64,000 nt of DNA from Desulfobacterales bacterium (GTDB lineage Bacteria > Desulfobacterota > Desulfobacteria > Desulfobacterales > UBA2174), in the NCBI GenBank assembly GCA_963668645.2, contig CAXXWC010000003.1, positions 288,001-352,000 of the forward strand. Direction: 5' to 3'. Within the stretch, counting starts at the first letter, position 1. Each line of letters opens with the position of its first letter. The position numbers and the translations under genes are program-made. The notes below the pieces were generated by a model, which was not told where the DNA came from, ran no database searches, and worked only from the letters and a program-made list of their open reading frames with translations. Shown piece by piece: positions 1-9,469 of the stretch.

Positions 1-334
1 TCTCCTCCCAGGACTTGAAGTGCAGACGGGCCTCGAGGGTATCACCGCGGCGGATGCGGGTGACGATGGACGTGACGATGCCGGCGCCGCGCTTGAGGTA
101 ATCACGACCGAGAAGGGTATTGGTGAAGGTGCTTTTGCCGGACTTGATCGGCCCCACCACCGCCACCCGGACGTAGGCATCGGTGAGCTGGCGGTGGCTC
201 TGGCGGCAGGTGCGCTCCCAGTCGTCGAGGGCCGCCGCCGAGACTCCCGGCACCTGCCGGGCACGACCCAATAGATCGAGCAACCCGACGGCCCGATCAA
301 GAAGTTCGGATTTAAGTTTTTGGTAATCTTGCAT
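1..334 (-). CDS. Dynamin-family GTPase, N-terminal part (runs off window edge)
   Basis: Not in ORF track; manual translation from ATG at 334 gives MQDYQKLKSELL...VRVAVVGPIKSGKSTFTNTLLGRDYLKRGAGIVTSIVTRI, with G1 (GxxxxGKST) and G2 Thr typical of bacterial dynamin-like proteins. Confidence 0.8.
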   Translation of the reverse strand, partial: MQDYQKLKSELLDRAVGLLDLLGRARQVPGVSAAALDDWERTCRQSHRQLTDAYVRVAVVGPIKSGKSTFTNTLLGRDYLKRGAGIVTSIVTRIRRGDTLEARLHFKSWEE

Positions 335-453
335 GATATAAGGGCGAAAAAGGAAGAAAAGCCATAGCGTCCCCCGGATTCGGGAAGGATGCAGACACGC
401 GTCGCTTATTACACGTAGCCGGCACGATTGTCAAAACCGGTGGGATTCAAAGG

Positions 454-1020
454 TCAGGCGTACCCGGCCTCGGCCGAAAGCCGGTTCGGGTCGATGCCCA
501 GCCGCTCAAGGGTCGCCTCCCAGCGACGGGCCAAGGGGATTTCGAAAAGAATCGCCGGATCCATGGGGGCCGTCAGCCAGGCGTTCTGGCGGATCTCTTC
601 CTCCAACTGCCCCGGCCCCCAGCCGGCGCATCCCAGACTGATGGCAAACACTTGAGGGCCCTGCCCTTGTCCGATGGCGTGCAGTATATCGATACTGTTG
701 CTCATGGCCAATGAGTCCGAGATGGAAAAGCTGCCCTGCCATTGCAGGGGCGGCCCGTGGAGAATGAAAAGTTCGTTGGCATGCACCGGCCCTCCGATAA
801 AAAGCGGTTGGCTGGCGGCCTTTGGAATGCACTCGATCTTCAATTCCTCAAAGATCTCACCGGCCGTGAGATATTCATGGGCACGGTTGATCACGACGCC
901 CATGGCCCCCTGATCGTTATGCTCGCCAAGACAGGTTACGGTCTGGTGGAAATTGGGATCAAGCAGGCTCGGCATCGCCACGAGCAGTTGCCCTTTCAAA
1001 GATGCGAATGGGTCCATCAT
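454..1020 (-). CDS. algH: YqgE/AlgH family protein
   Basis: LLVAMPSLLDPNF, GGPV, GCAGWGPGQLEEEI..NAWL motifs. Confidence 0.9.
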   Translation of the reverse strand: MMDPFASLKGQLLVAMPSLLDPNFHQTVTCLGEHNDQGAMGVVINRAHEYLTAGEIFEELKIECIPKAASQPLFIGGPVHANELFILHGPPLQWQGSFSISDSLAMSNSIDILHAIGQGQGPQVFAISLGCAGWGPGQLEEEIRQNAWLTAPMDPAILFEIPLARRWEATLERLGIDPNRLSAEAGYA

Positions 1021-1202
1021 ATCCTCCCGGCCGCGTTTCGCTTTTCACCGCACCGATGCAACGGCCGAAAGGCCGGATCGAAAAATGAGCGGGGACTATT
1101 TCAGGCCACCATAGTCAAGGGCACGAAAGCCTGTCAAGCGATCCGATGCCGCACTTTTAGCGCCCGCCCTTGGGGCCGGATTTACATGCCCGATAAGGGG
1201 TT

Positions 1203-1230
1203 CTTGACAAAGCCCGCAGCGGCATCATAC
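1203..1230 (+). promoter_or_regulatory. Possible sigma70 promoter for the DUF2156 gene
   Basis: TTGACA at 1203 followed 16 nt later by a weak -10 (CATACA). Confidence 0.35.
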
Positions 1231-1368
1231 ACGGAGGTGCCGCCGCTTTTGATCAGAGGTTTTCAACCAGCGCCTCGGTCCACAGCGGGAGCCTTTCCCG
1301 GCGCCAATCCTTAACCGAACGTGACGCCAGGCGTTCAGGATTGCCTGGCCTGCCATTCGAGGTCCATT

Positions 1369-2259
1369 ATGCACTTTACTTTCGAACCGATCGACCTGCA
1401 ACGCCAGCAGGAGTATCGCCGCCGGCTGGCCGCCTGCCCGCAGATCGGCTCCGATTACAGCTTTGTCAATTTATGGGGATGGGCCGAAGCCTATGGCCTG
1501 GAATGGTCCTGGGAGCAAGACCTGGTATGGATCCGCCAGAGCCGGCCCGAACCCCGCCTCTGGGCCCCGGTGGGCGACTGGAACGCCGTGGACTGGCCCC
1601 GGCGCCTGGCATCCTTGGATGCCGATCTACACCTGGCGCGGGTGCCCGAAGTCTTGGCATCACAATGGCAGAACATGCTGGAAGGCCGGGTCCGGCGCAA
1701 CGAAGCCCGAGGGCAGTGGGACTATCTTTATGCCGCCCGGGACCTGATCAATCTTAGCGGCAATCGCTACCACAAGAAAAAAAACCTGGTGAAACAGTTT
1801 CGCCGCGCCTACCCGTTTGACTATGGGCACTTAAACGCCGATCTGGTCGCCGAAGCCCTGGGGCTTCAGGCCGACTGGTGCACCTGGCGCGACTGCGAAG
1901 CCGTCGACATGCTGGCGGCCGAGAACCGGGTCATCCTGCGGATTTTCAACCACTGGGATTCCCTGTCCGGAATCTGCGGCGGTACGCTGCGGGTCGAAAA
2001 CCAAATGGCCGCTTACACCGTCGGGGAACGGCTCACCGCCGACACCATGCTGATCCACTTCGAAAAGGCCGATCCGCGCTTCAAGGGCGCCTACCAGATG
2101 ATCAACCAGGCCTTTGTGAGCGCCAACGCCGAAGGCCTAAAATGGGTCAACCGCGAACAGGATCTGGATGACGAAGGGTTGCGCCAAGCCAAACTCTCAT
2201 ACCAACCCGCCGATTTCGTGCGCAAAGAGACAGTGGTCATCCACCCCGTGAAGCCTTGA
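1369..2259 (+). CDS. DUF2156 / phosphatidylglycerol lysyltransferase (GNAT-like) domain protein
   Basis: SDYSFVNLWGW, DYLY..DL..LSGNRYHKKKN, IHFEKA, VNREQDL..EGLRQAKLSY; start taken at ATG 1369. Confidence 0.85.
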   Translation: MHFTFEPIDLQRQQEYRRRLAACPQIGSDYSFVNLWGWAEAYGLEWSWEQDLVWIRQSRPEPRLWAPVGDWNAVDWPRRLASLDADLHLARVPEVLASQWQNMLEGRVRRNEARGQWDYLYAARDLINLSGNRYHKKKNLVKQFRRAYPFDYGHLNADLVAEALGLQADWCTWRDCEAVDMLAAENRVILRIFNHWDSLSGICGGTLRVENQMAAYTVGERLTADTMLIHFEKADPRFKGAYQMINQAFVSANAEGLKWVNREQDLDDEGLRQAKLSYQPADFVRKETVVIHPVKP

Positions 2260-5200
2260 AACGGTTTTTCCCGTTCCCATTTCCCCACTTGCGCTGGGCT
2301 GCCGGTTCCACCGGTGAGCAGACGGTCTCCAGGGCTCTGTAGCCCAGCAATCCGTTCACCGCCCGCGCCAGGCGTGGACTGGCCCGCACTTTGAACGCAT
2401 CCGAGGGGGCCACCACCGCCTCGGCCCGGCCGGGCAGCGACAATCGCAACCGAACCGGGCAGTCTCCCTGATGGCGGCCGAAAACCTCGGCCAGCTGGTG
2501 CAGGTGCGAGGATTCAGTGCGTTCCAGGTCAAGGTTGACTTCCACCCGCGCCGTCCAGACCGCCTCGGCCCGCTCCATGGGAATCAGGTTGTCGGCCAGG
2601 ATCTTGACCCCGTTTTCTTCGCGCTGGACCACTCCCTGCACCAGCACGGCGGCATCCTCGACCAACAGCTCCGAGGCCTCGGCATAGACCGAGGGAAAGA
2701 GGACGACCTCCATCTGGCCGTTGAGGTCCTCGATGTTGACAAACCCCATCAACTCCCCCTTGCGGGTACGGATGGTCTTGGTGGCTTTAACCAGGCCGCC
2801 GATGCGTACCGTTTGGCCGTCGGGAGTCTCCTTGAGTCCCTCGGCATCGCAGGTGGTATATTTGTCCAGACGCCCTTCATGGCGCCCCAGCGGATGGCCG
2901 CTGATGTAAAACCCCAGCGATTCTTTTTCCATGACCAGCATTTCGTGCTCGTCGAGCACAACGCCGGCCGGCATCTGGGGCCGATCCAGGGGCGGCCCCC
3001 CGTCCTCACAGGCACCGAAGAGGTCCATCTGGGGATCGCAACGCTTCTTTTGCACCCGTTGGCCGTAATCCAGCGCTTCTTCCAAAACAGCCAGCAGCGC
3101 TGCCCGTGAATCGCCGGTGGCGTCAAAGGCGCCGCAGCGGATCAGGCTTTCCACCACCCGCTTGTTCACCTTGCGAAGATCGACCCGTTCGCAGAAGTGG
3201 AACAGCGAATCGAAGGGGCCGTTGGCCCGCCTTTCCTCCAGAATCGCTTCGATGGCCCCCTCGCCGACATTCTTCACCGCCACCAGGCCGAAGTGGATCT
3301 TGCCTTTCGCCACGGTGAATACCGTCTCGCTGCGGTTGATGTCCGGGGGCAGAACCTCGATTCCGTGGGACCGGCATTCGGCGATGAACTTGACCACCCC
3401 GTCGATGGCGTGCATCTCGCTGGTGAGCAGCGAGGCCATGAACTCTACCGGGTAATGGGCCTTGAGAAAGGCGGTCTGATAGCTGATCAGGGCGTAGGCC
3501 GCACTGTGGGCCTTGTTGAAGCCGTAACGGCCGAATTTTTCCATCAAGTCGAAAATTTCGACGGCCTTTTTAGGCTCGATGCCGTTGGCGTCGGCTCCGG
3601 CCAGAAACTTCTCCCGGTGTTTGGCCATCATCTCGGCGATCTTCTTGCCCATCGCCTTGCGCAGGCCGTCGGCGTCGGCCATGGTGTAATTGGCCAGGGC
3701 AGCGGCGATATTCATCACCTGCTCCTGGTAGACGATCACCCCGTAGGTTTCCTTGAGAATCGATTCGAGCTGCGGCAGCAGATAGGTCACCGGCTTGCGG
3801 CCGTGGCGCCGCTGGACGAACTCTTCGACCATCCCGCTGTCCAGCGGGCCGGGGCGATAGAGGGCCACCAGGGCCGTGATATCGGCGAAGGTCTCGGGCC
3901 TCAGGCGCACGAGCAGATCCTTCATGCCGCTGCTTTCGAGCTGAAACACGCCGGTGGTATCCCCGGTGCCGAGCAGTTCGAAGGTCTTGGGATCATCCAG
4001 CCTCAAGGTGGACAAATCCGGCGCCTTGCCTCCGGAACTATCGATCAGGTTGAGGGTGTTTTCGATGACCGTCAGGTTGCGCAGGCCGAGAAAATCGAAC
4101 TTGACCAGTCCGATCTTCTCCACACAATGCATGTCGAACTGGGTGACCACCTCCCCCTTCTTGCCGCGGCACAGGGGCAGATACTCCACCAGCGGCCGAT
4201 CGCCGATCACCACCCCGGCCGCGTGGGTCGACGCATGGCGCGGCAGTCCTTCAAGGGTGCGGCAGATCCGGATCAATTCTGCGATCTTGGGGTTTTCCTC
4301 CGCCTGGCGCAGGATTTTCGGCTCCTGGATCAGAGCCTCGTCCAGACTGATGTTGAGCTTGTCGGGTACCATTTTGGCCAGGGCGTCCACTTCGGCCAGG
4401 GGGATGTCCAGAGCGCGGCCCACGTCGCGGATCACCGCCCGGGTCTTGAGCTTGCCGAAGGTGATGATCTGGGCCACATAATCGGCGCCGCCGTAATGAT
4501 CGAAGACATAGCGGAATGTTTTTTCGCGTCCGTTGATGCAAAAATCGACGTCGATATCCGGCATGCTGATGCGCTCGGGATTGAGAAAACGCTCGAAGAT
4601 CAGTCCGTGGGCGATGGGATCCAGATCGGTGATCCCCAGGCTGTAGGCCACGATGCTGCCGGCGGCCGATCCCCGGCCGGGGCCCACCGGCACCCCGTTC
4701 TGGCGGCTGTAGCGGATAAAATCGGACACGATGAGAAAATAGCCGCAAAATCCCATCGTGCGGATCGTGTCCAGCTCGTACTCCAGGCGCTGGCGGTAAA
4801 CCGTCTCATCCAGCTCTTCCTGCCCCTGCTTGAGCATCTCCAGCCGGTGGGCGAACCCCTCGCGCACCTTCTCTTCGAAAAGATCGTCCACCGGTTTTTG
4901 ATCCGGGGTGGGAAACTGGGGAAAATGGTAGTCGCCGAACTGAAAATCGACGTTGCAGCGCCTGGCGATGTCAACGGTGTTGGCCAGGGCCCCGGGGTAG
5001 TCGCCGAAATAGGCCTCCATTTCCTCCGGGGACTTGAAGTAGAGCTGATCCGTGCCGAACTGGAAGCGGTTCGGGTCGCGAATGGTTTTGCCGGTCTGGA
5101 TGCAAAGCAGTACCTCGTGGGCCCGGGCATCGCCGGCATCCAGATAATGACAATCGTTGGTGGCGACCAGGGGAATCGACAGGCGCCGGCTCATTTCCCG

Positions 5201-5782
5201 CAAAGCCTGATTGATCCGCTCCTGCTCGGGAATCCCGTTGTGCTGGACTTCGAGAAAGAAGTTGCCCTCTCCAAAAAGCTGCTGGTAGTAGCGGGCCGCA
5301 CCGTCTGCCAGATCGATGCGCCCGGCCAGGATGTGGCGCGGAATCTCCCCTTGCAGGCAGGCCGACAGGCCGATGAGACCACCGCTGTGTTCTTCCAGCA
5401 GGGCTTTGTCGATGCGCGGTTTGTAATAAAATCCGTCCAGCTGCGCCCGGGTGGCCAACCGGCACAGGTTGCGATACCCCTCCTGGTCGCGGGCCAGCAG
5501 CACCAGGTGGCGCATCTCCTTGCCGTCCATGGGGGTCTTGTCGGTCATTGAGCGGGGTGCCAGGTAGCACTCGCAGCCGATGACCGGCCGGATCCCGGCC
5601 TTGCGGGCCATCTGGTAAAATTCCAGCACCCCGTACATCGTGCCGTGATCGGTAATGGCCACGGCCTCCATGTTGAAGGCCGCCGCCCGTTCGAAAAGCT
5701 TCGCAAGGCGGATGGCCCCGTCAAGCAGGCTGTACTGGGTATGGACATGCAGATGTACGAAAGGGGAGGATTGGGAAGCCAT
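2237..5782 (-). CDS. dnaE: DNA polymerase III alpha subunit
   Basis: PHP domain FVHLHVHTQYSLLDG, GPGRGSAAGS, MPDIDVDF, KFDFLGL; overlaps the convergent DUF2156 gene by 23 nt. Confidence 0.98.
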   Translation of the reverse strand: MASQSSPFVHLHVHTQYSLLDGAIRLAKLFERAAAFNMEAVAITDHGTMYGVLEFYQMARKAGIRPVIGCECYLAPRSMTDKTPMDGKEMRHLVLLARDQEGYRNLCRLATRAQLDGFYYKPRIDKALLEEHSGGLIGLSACLQGEIPRHILAGRIDLADGAARYYQQLFGEGNFFLEVQHNGIPEQERINQALREMSRRLSIPLVATNDCHYLDAGDARAHEVLLCIQTGKTIRDPNRFQFGTDQLYFKSPEEMEAYFGDYPGALANTVDIARRCNVDFQFGDYHFPQFPTPDQKPVDDLFEEKVREGFAHRLEMLKQGQEELDETVYRQRLEYELDTIRTMGFCGYFLIVSDFIRYSRQNGVPVGPGRGSAAGSIVAYSLGITDLDPIAHGLIFERFLNPERISMPDIDVDFCINGREKTFRYVFDHYGGADYVAQIITFGKLKTRAVIRDVGRALDIPLAEVDALAKMVPDKLNISLDEALIQEPKILRQAEENPKIAELIRICRTLEGLPRHASTHAAGVVIGDRPLVEYLPLCRGKKGEVVTQFDMHCVEKIGLVKFDFLGLRNLTVIENTLNLIDSSGGKAPDLSTLRLDDPKTFELLGTGDTTGVFQLESSGMKDLLVRLRPETFADITALVALYRPGPLDSGMVEEFVQRRHGRKPVTYLLPQLESILKETYGVIVYQEQVMNIAAALANYTMADADGLRKAMGKKIAEMMAKHREKFLAGADANGIEPKKAVEIFDLMEKFGRYGFNKAHSAAYALISYQTAFLKAHYPVEFMASLLTSEMHAIDGVVKFIAECRSHGIEVLPPDINRSETVFTVAKGKIHFGLVAVKNVGEGAIEAILEERRANGPFDSLFHFCERVDLRKVNKRVVESLIRCGAFDATGDSRAALLAVLEEALDYGQRVQKKRCDPQMDLFGACEDGGPPLDRPQMPAGVVLDEHEMLVMEKESLGFYISGHPLGRHEGRLDKYTTCDAEGLKETPDGQTVRIGGLVKATKTIRTRKGELMGFVNIEDLNGQMEVVLFPSVYAEASELLVEDAAVLVQGVVQREENGVKILADNLIPMERAEAVWTARVEVNLDLERTESSHLHQLAEVFGRHQGDCPVRLRLSLPGRAEAVVAPSDAFKVRASPRLARAVNGLLGYRALETVCSPVEPAAQRKWGNGNGKNRFKASRGG

Positions 5783-5961
5783 GGTCAAATCACCTTGCAA
5801 TGCTTCCAGGTGGCCGGGATTTGCCTGGGCAGGCATTACGCTGGCGGAATTCAGGCTGCCGCACGGTCCGCATAGCGCTTATCCGAGGAAATCTCCCGGC
5901 CATCTAATGATGTTTAACAGGCAGAAGGGTGATCCGAAAATAAATGCGCCCTGAAAGCGCA

Positions 5962-7425
5962 TTATTCGATGCGGTAGTTGGGGGCCTCCTTGGTGATGAT
6001 CACGTCGTGAACGTGGCTTTCGCGCATTCCGGCGGCGCTGATTTTGCGGAAGCGCGCCTTTTCGCGCAGCTCCTCGACGGTACGGCAGCCCACGTATCCC
6101 ATGCCGGCCTTCAGGCCGCCCACAAGCTGCAGGATCGTCTCGGACACCGGTCCCCGGTACGGCACCCGGCCGACGATCCCCTCGGGGACGAGCTTGTCCG
6201 GGGATTCGTTTTCCCCTTGGTAGTAGCGATCTTTGCTGCCCTGGCGCATGGCCTCCAGGGACCCCATGCCCCGATAGACCTTGTAGGTGCGACCCTGGAA
6301 CAGGATCAACTCCCCCGGACTCTCCTCGGTGCCGGCCAGCAGGCCGCCGATCATCACCACATGGGCCCCGGCGCCGATGGCCTTGGTGACATCGCCGGAA
6401 TACTTGATTCCCCCGTCGGCGATCAGCGGCACCCCGCTCTTGCCGGTAATCGAACGACAGTTCATGATGGCGGTCACCTGGGGGATGCCGACCCCGGCCA
6501 CGATGCGCGTGGTGCAGATCGACCCGGGACCGATGCCGATCTTGACCCCGTCCACGCCAGCGGCGATCAGGTCTTCGGCCCCTTTTGCGGTGGCCACGTT
6601 GCCGGCGATCAGATCCATCTCGGGGAAGGTCGCCTTGAGGGTCTTGACCGCCTCAATGACGTTGCGGGTATGCCCGTGGGAGGTGTCGATGCAGATTACA
6701 TCGGCACCGGCGGCCAGCAGCGCCTCGGCCCGGGGCAGCATTTCCGGCCCCACCCCCACGGCGGCCCCCACGCGCAGGCGCCCGAGGCGGTCTTTGCAGG
6801 CATTGGGGTACTTCTTGATCTTTTCGATATCCTTGATGGTGATCATGCCGGTGAGCCGCCCGGCCTTGTCCACCACCAGAAGCTTCTCGATGCGGTGCTG
6901 GTGCAAGAGGCGCTTGGACTCCTCCAGGCCGATCCCTTCGCCCACCGTAACCAGGTTCTCTTTGGTCATCACTTCGGAAACCGGGCGGTCCAGCTCGATT
7001 TCGAAGCGCAGGTCGCGGTTGGTGACGATGCCCACCAACTGCCCGGCCCTGATCACCGGCACGCCGCTGATGCGATACTGCTCCATCAGGGCCAGGACCT
7101 CGCGGATCGGCCGGTCCGGATCGATGGTCACCGGGTCGATGATCATGCCGCTCTCACTTTTTTTGACCTTGCTGACCTCCAGCACCTGGCTTTCGATATC
7201 CATGTTACGGTGGATAAAACCGAGGCCGCCTTCGCGGGCCATGCTGATGGCGGTGCGCGCTTCGGTCACGGTATCCATGGCCGCACTGACAATGGGAATG
7301 TTCAAGGATATGTTGCGCGTCAGACGCGTACGGGTATCCACCTCCTTGGGCAAGATATCGGAATAGTTGGGGACCAGTAAAACATCGTCGAATGCATAGG
7401 CCTCTTCGGGCGGAATGCTCATCAT
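5962..7425 (-). CDS. guaB: IMP dehydrogenase with CBS pair
   Basis: [41 protein letters not shown]. Confidence 0.98.
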   Translation of the reverse strand: MMSIPPEEAYAFDDVLLVPNYSDILPKEVDTRTRLTRNISLNIPIVSAAMDTVTEARTAISMAREGGLGFIHRNMDIESQVLEVSKVKKSESGMIIDPVTIDPDRPIREVLALMEQYRISGVPVIRAGQLVGIVTNRDLRFEIELDRPVSEVMTKENLVTVGEGIGLEESKRLLHQHRIEKLLVVDKAGRLTGMITIKDIEKIKKYPNACKDRLGRLRVGAAVGVGPEMLPRAEALLAAGADVICIDTSHGHTRNVIEAVKTLKATFPEMDLIAGNVATAKGAEDLIAAGVDGVKIGIGPGSICTTRIVAGVGIPQVTAIMNCRSITGKSGVPLIADGGIKYSGDVTKAIGAGAHVVMIGGLLAGTEESPGELILFQGRTYKVYRGMGSLEAMRQGSKDRYYQGENESPDKLVPEGIVGRVPYRGPVSETILQLVGGLKAGMGYVGCRTVEELREKARFRKISAAGMRESHVHDVIITKEAPNYRIE

Positions 7426-7774
7426 GTAAAATTCCTCCACAAGATTGTCGAACAAAGATCCGTTTTCGGGTGCGGGCAGGCTCGAGGCCGCCGGCGGTTG
7501 ACTTCGCATAGCAGATGCCCACCGCTATGGCAACCTCAAGCCCGACCGTTCTTGGCGGGCCCGGACCATGGAAATCGTGCACCATATCGTTTTACGGCGG
7601 TATAGACAGCAATTCCCGGCAAATCCGAAATGCACGGCATCTTGGGTTCACCGGGAATTGCTGCGGTATACGGGCCGCGCTTGTCAGCCGCAGATGAATG
7701 GGCTATAAGGACCCTTCTTGCCCCGGTTGCCATCGAGGATGGGGCCGTCCATATGATCCGAGTCCGTAAAACCG

Positions 7775-8380
7775 ATGCTCATCGAAATCAATCCCGATAA
7801 TCCGCCCGAGCGGCTGATATCCCAGGCGGTGGAGGTGCTGCGCCGCGGGGGGATCATCGCCTATCCCACCGATACCCAGTACGGGATCGGATGCGACATC
7901 ATGAACAAGCGGGCCATCGAAAAAATCTACCTGCTGCGCCAGCGCGACAAGAAAAAGCCGTTCAGCTTTATCTGCTCTGACTTAAAACATATCAGCAACT
8001 GGGCCAAGGTATCCAACTACGCTTACAAAACGATGCGCCGCCTCCTGCCCGGTCCGTATACGTTCATCCTGGAAGGCTCCAAGCTGGTGCCCAAAATCAT
8101 GCTGACCAAGCGCCGCACCGCCGGTATCCGGGTCCCGGACAACGACATCTGCCTTGCCCTGGTCCGGACCTTGGGCAACCCGATCATCTCCACCAGCGCC
8201 AAAGCCCCCGAAGGGGAGCTGTTCGACGACCCTTCCCTGATTCACGACTTTTTCGCCAGCCGCCTGGATTTGGTCATCGACGGGGGCCGGGCTCCAGGCC
8301 AACCCTCCAGCGTCATCTCCCTGATCGACGATGAACCGGTGGTCTTGCGTGAGGGGCTCGGCGATGTGAGCAGCCTGTAA
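7775..8380 (+). CDS. Sua5/YciO/YrdC family threonylcarbamoyl-AMP synthase-like protein
   Basis: IAYPTDT.YGIGC, LPGPYTFIL, GIRVP, STSA; the N-terminus resembles the YciO subgroup. Confidence 0.9.
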   Translation: MLIEINPDNPPERLISQAVEVLRRGGIIAYPTDTQYGIGCDIMNKRAIEKIYLLRQRDKKKPFSFICSDLKHISNWAKVSNYAYKTMRRLLPGPYTFILEGSKLVPKIMLTKRRTAGIRVPDNDICLALVRTLGNPIISTSAKAPEGELFDDPSLIHDFFASRLDLVIDGGRAPGQPSSVISLIDDEPVVLREGLGDVSSL

Positions 8381-8460
8381 GGGGCCTTTTGGTCTTTGGT
8401 AGGCCCTCATCGCCGGCCTTCGATTGCGCTCCTTTGCGATCCGGTGGGGCATGCCGAAGT

Positions 8461-9357
8461 TTAATACGCCTGGGGCACCAGCGCCGCCGGCCGTCCCTGG
8501 ACGAGCACTTGCAGCATGTTCCCGAGCCGGGTCTCCATCAGGGACTCCACCCACGAAAAACGTTCCGGACGCGCGTAGACCGCCTCTGGCGGCCCTTCGA
8601 TGCCGCCGAGTTCCCCGGCCCAGGCGATGGCATCTTCGAGGTTTCCCAATCGATCGACCAGCCCCAGCGCCTTGGCCTCCTCGCCGGTGTAAATCCGCCC
8701 GTCGGCCAGGCCCGCCACGCGTTGCAGGTCCATCTCGCGCCCCTGGGCCACGTCGCGGATAAACTGCCGGTGGATCCCGTCGCTGAGCCGCTGCAAGACT
8801 TCCCGTTCCCCAGGGCGCATCTCGCGCACCGGTGAGCCGAGATCCTTGAAATCCCCGCTCTTGATCACCACCGGGGTCAAACCGATCTTTCCCAGCAGTT
8901 CACTGAAGTTGGCAAACCCCATGATCACGCCGATACTGCCGGTGATGGTACCCGGGTTGGCCACGATACCATCTGCCGCCGCAGCGGCGTAGTACCCTCC
9001 CGAGGCGGCAACCGCACCCAAGGAGGCCACCACCTTTTTCGCCGCGCTGGTCTTGCGCACCGCGCGGAAAATCTCCTGGGAGGGCGCCACCACACCTCCT
9101 GGTGAGTCGATGCGCAACACGATGGCCCGGATGGCGTCATCCTGGCGCATCTTCTTGAGGTCCTCCAGGATCGGCCCGGCATCGGAGATCATTCCGGAAA
9201 CCTCCACGATTCCTACCTTGGGGCCGTCGAACCTGGCCGGATTCAGGCCACGCCCCAGGGTGAAGGCCACCAGCAGACCGGTTACCGTGACCGTCACGGC
9301 ACCGATAGCGGCCAACACCAACATGAAAAACAGATACGGATGACGGCGTGCAAACAT
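8461..9357 (-). CDS. sppA: Signal peptide peptidase SppA (36K type)
   Basis: N-terminal TM, RIDSPGG, AASGGYY, TGSIGVI, KSG.FKD. Confidence 0.95.
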   Translation of the reverse strand: MFARRHPYLFFMLVLAAIGAVTVTVTGLLVAFTLGRGLNPARFDGPKVGIVEVSGMISDAGPILEDLKKMRQDDAIRAIVLRIDSPGGVVAPSQEIFRAVRKTSAAKKVVASLGAVAASGGYYAAAAADGIVANPGTITGSIGVIMGFANFSELLGKIGLTPVVIKSGDFKDLGSPVREMRPGEREVLQRLSDGIHRQFIRDVAQGREMDLQRVAGLADGRIYTGEEAKALGLVDRLGNLEDAIAWAGELGGIEGPPEAVYARPERFSWVESLMETRLGNMLQVLVQGRPAALVPQAY

Positions 9358-9469
9358 GGCAACCTCCCTAGGCAGTCCGCTCCAGACACGACGACCGATG
9401 CGGCTCTGGGCCGCACCGGTCGTCGTTACGATCGGATCGATGATCGAAGGAAAAAAGTGTCAGGCGTGA

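Noticed and set aside
1231..1368. Leader of the DUF2156 gene beginning GAGGTGC, considered as a lysine riboswitch or 6S RNA
   Set aside because: Only short hairpins are present; the other conserved elements could not be matched.
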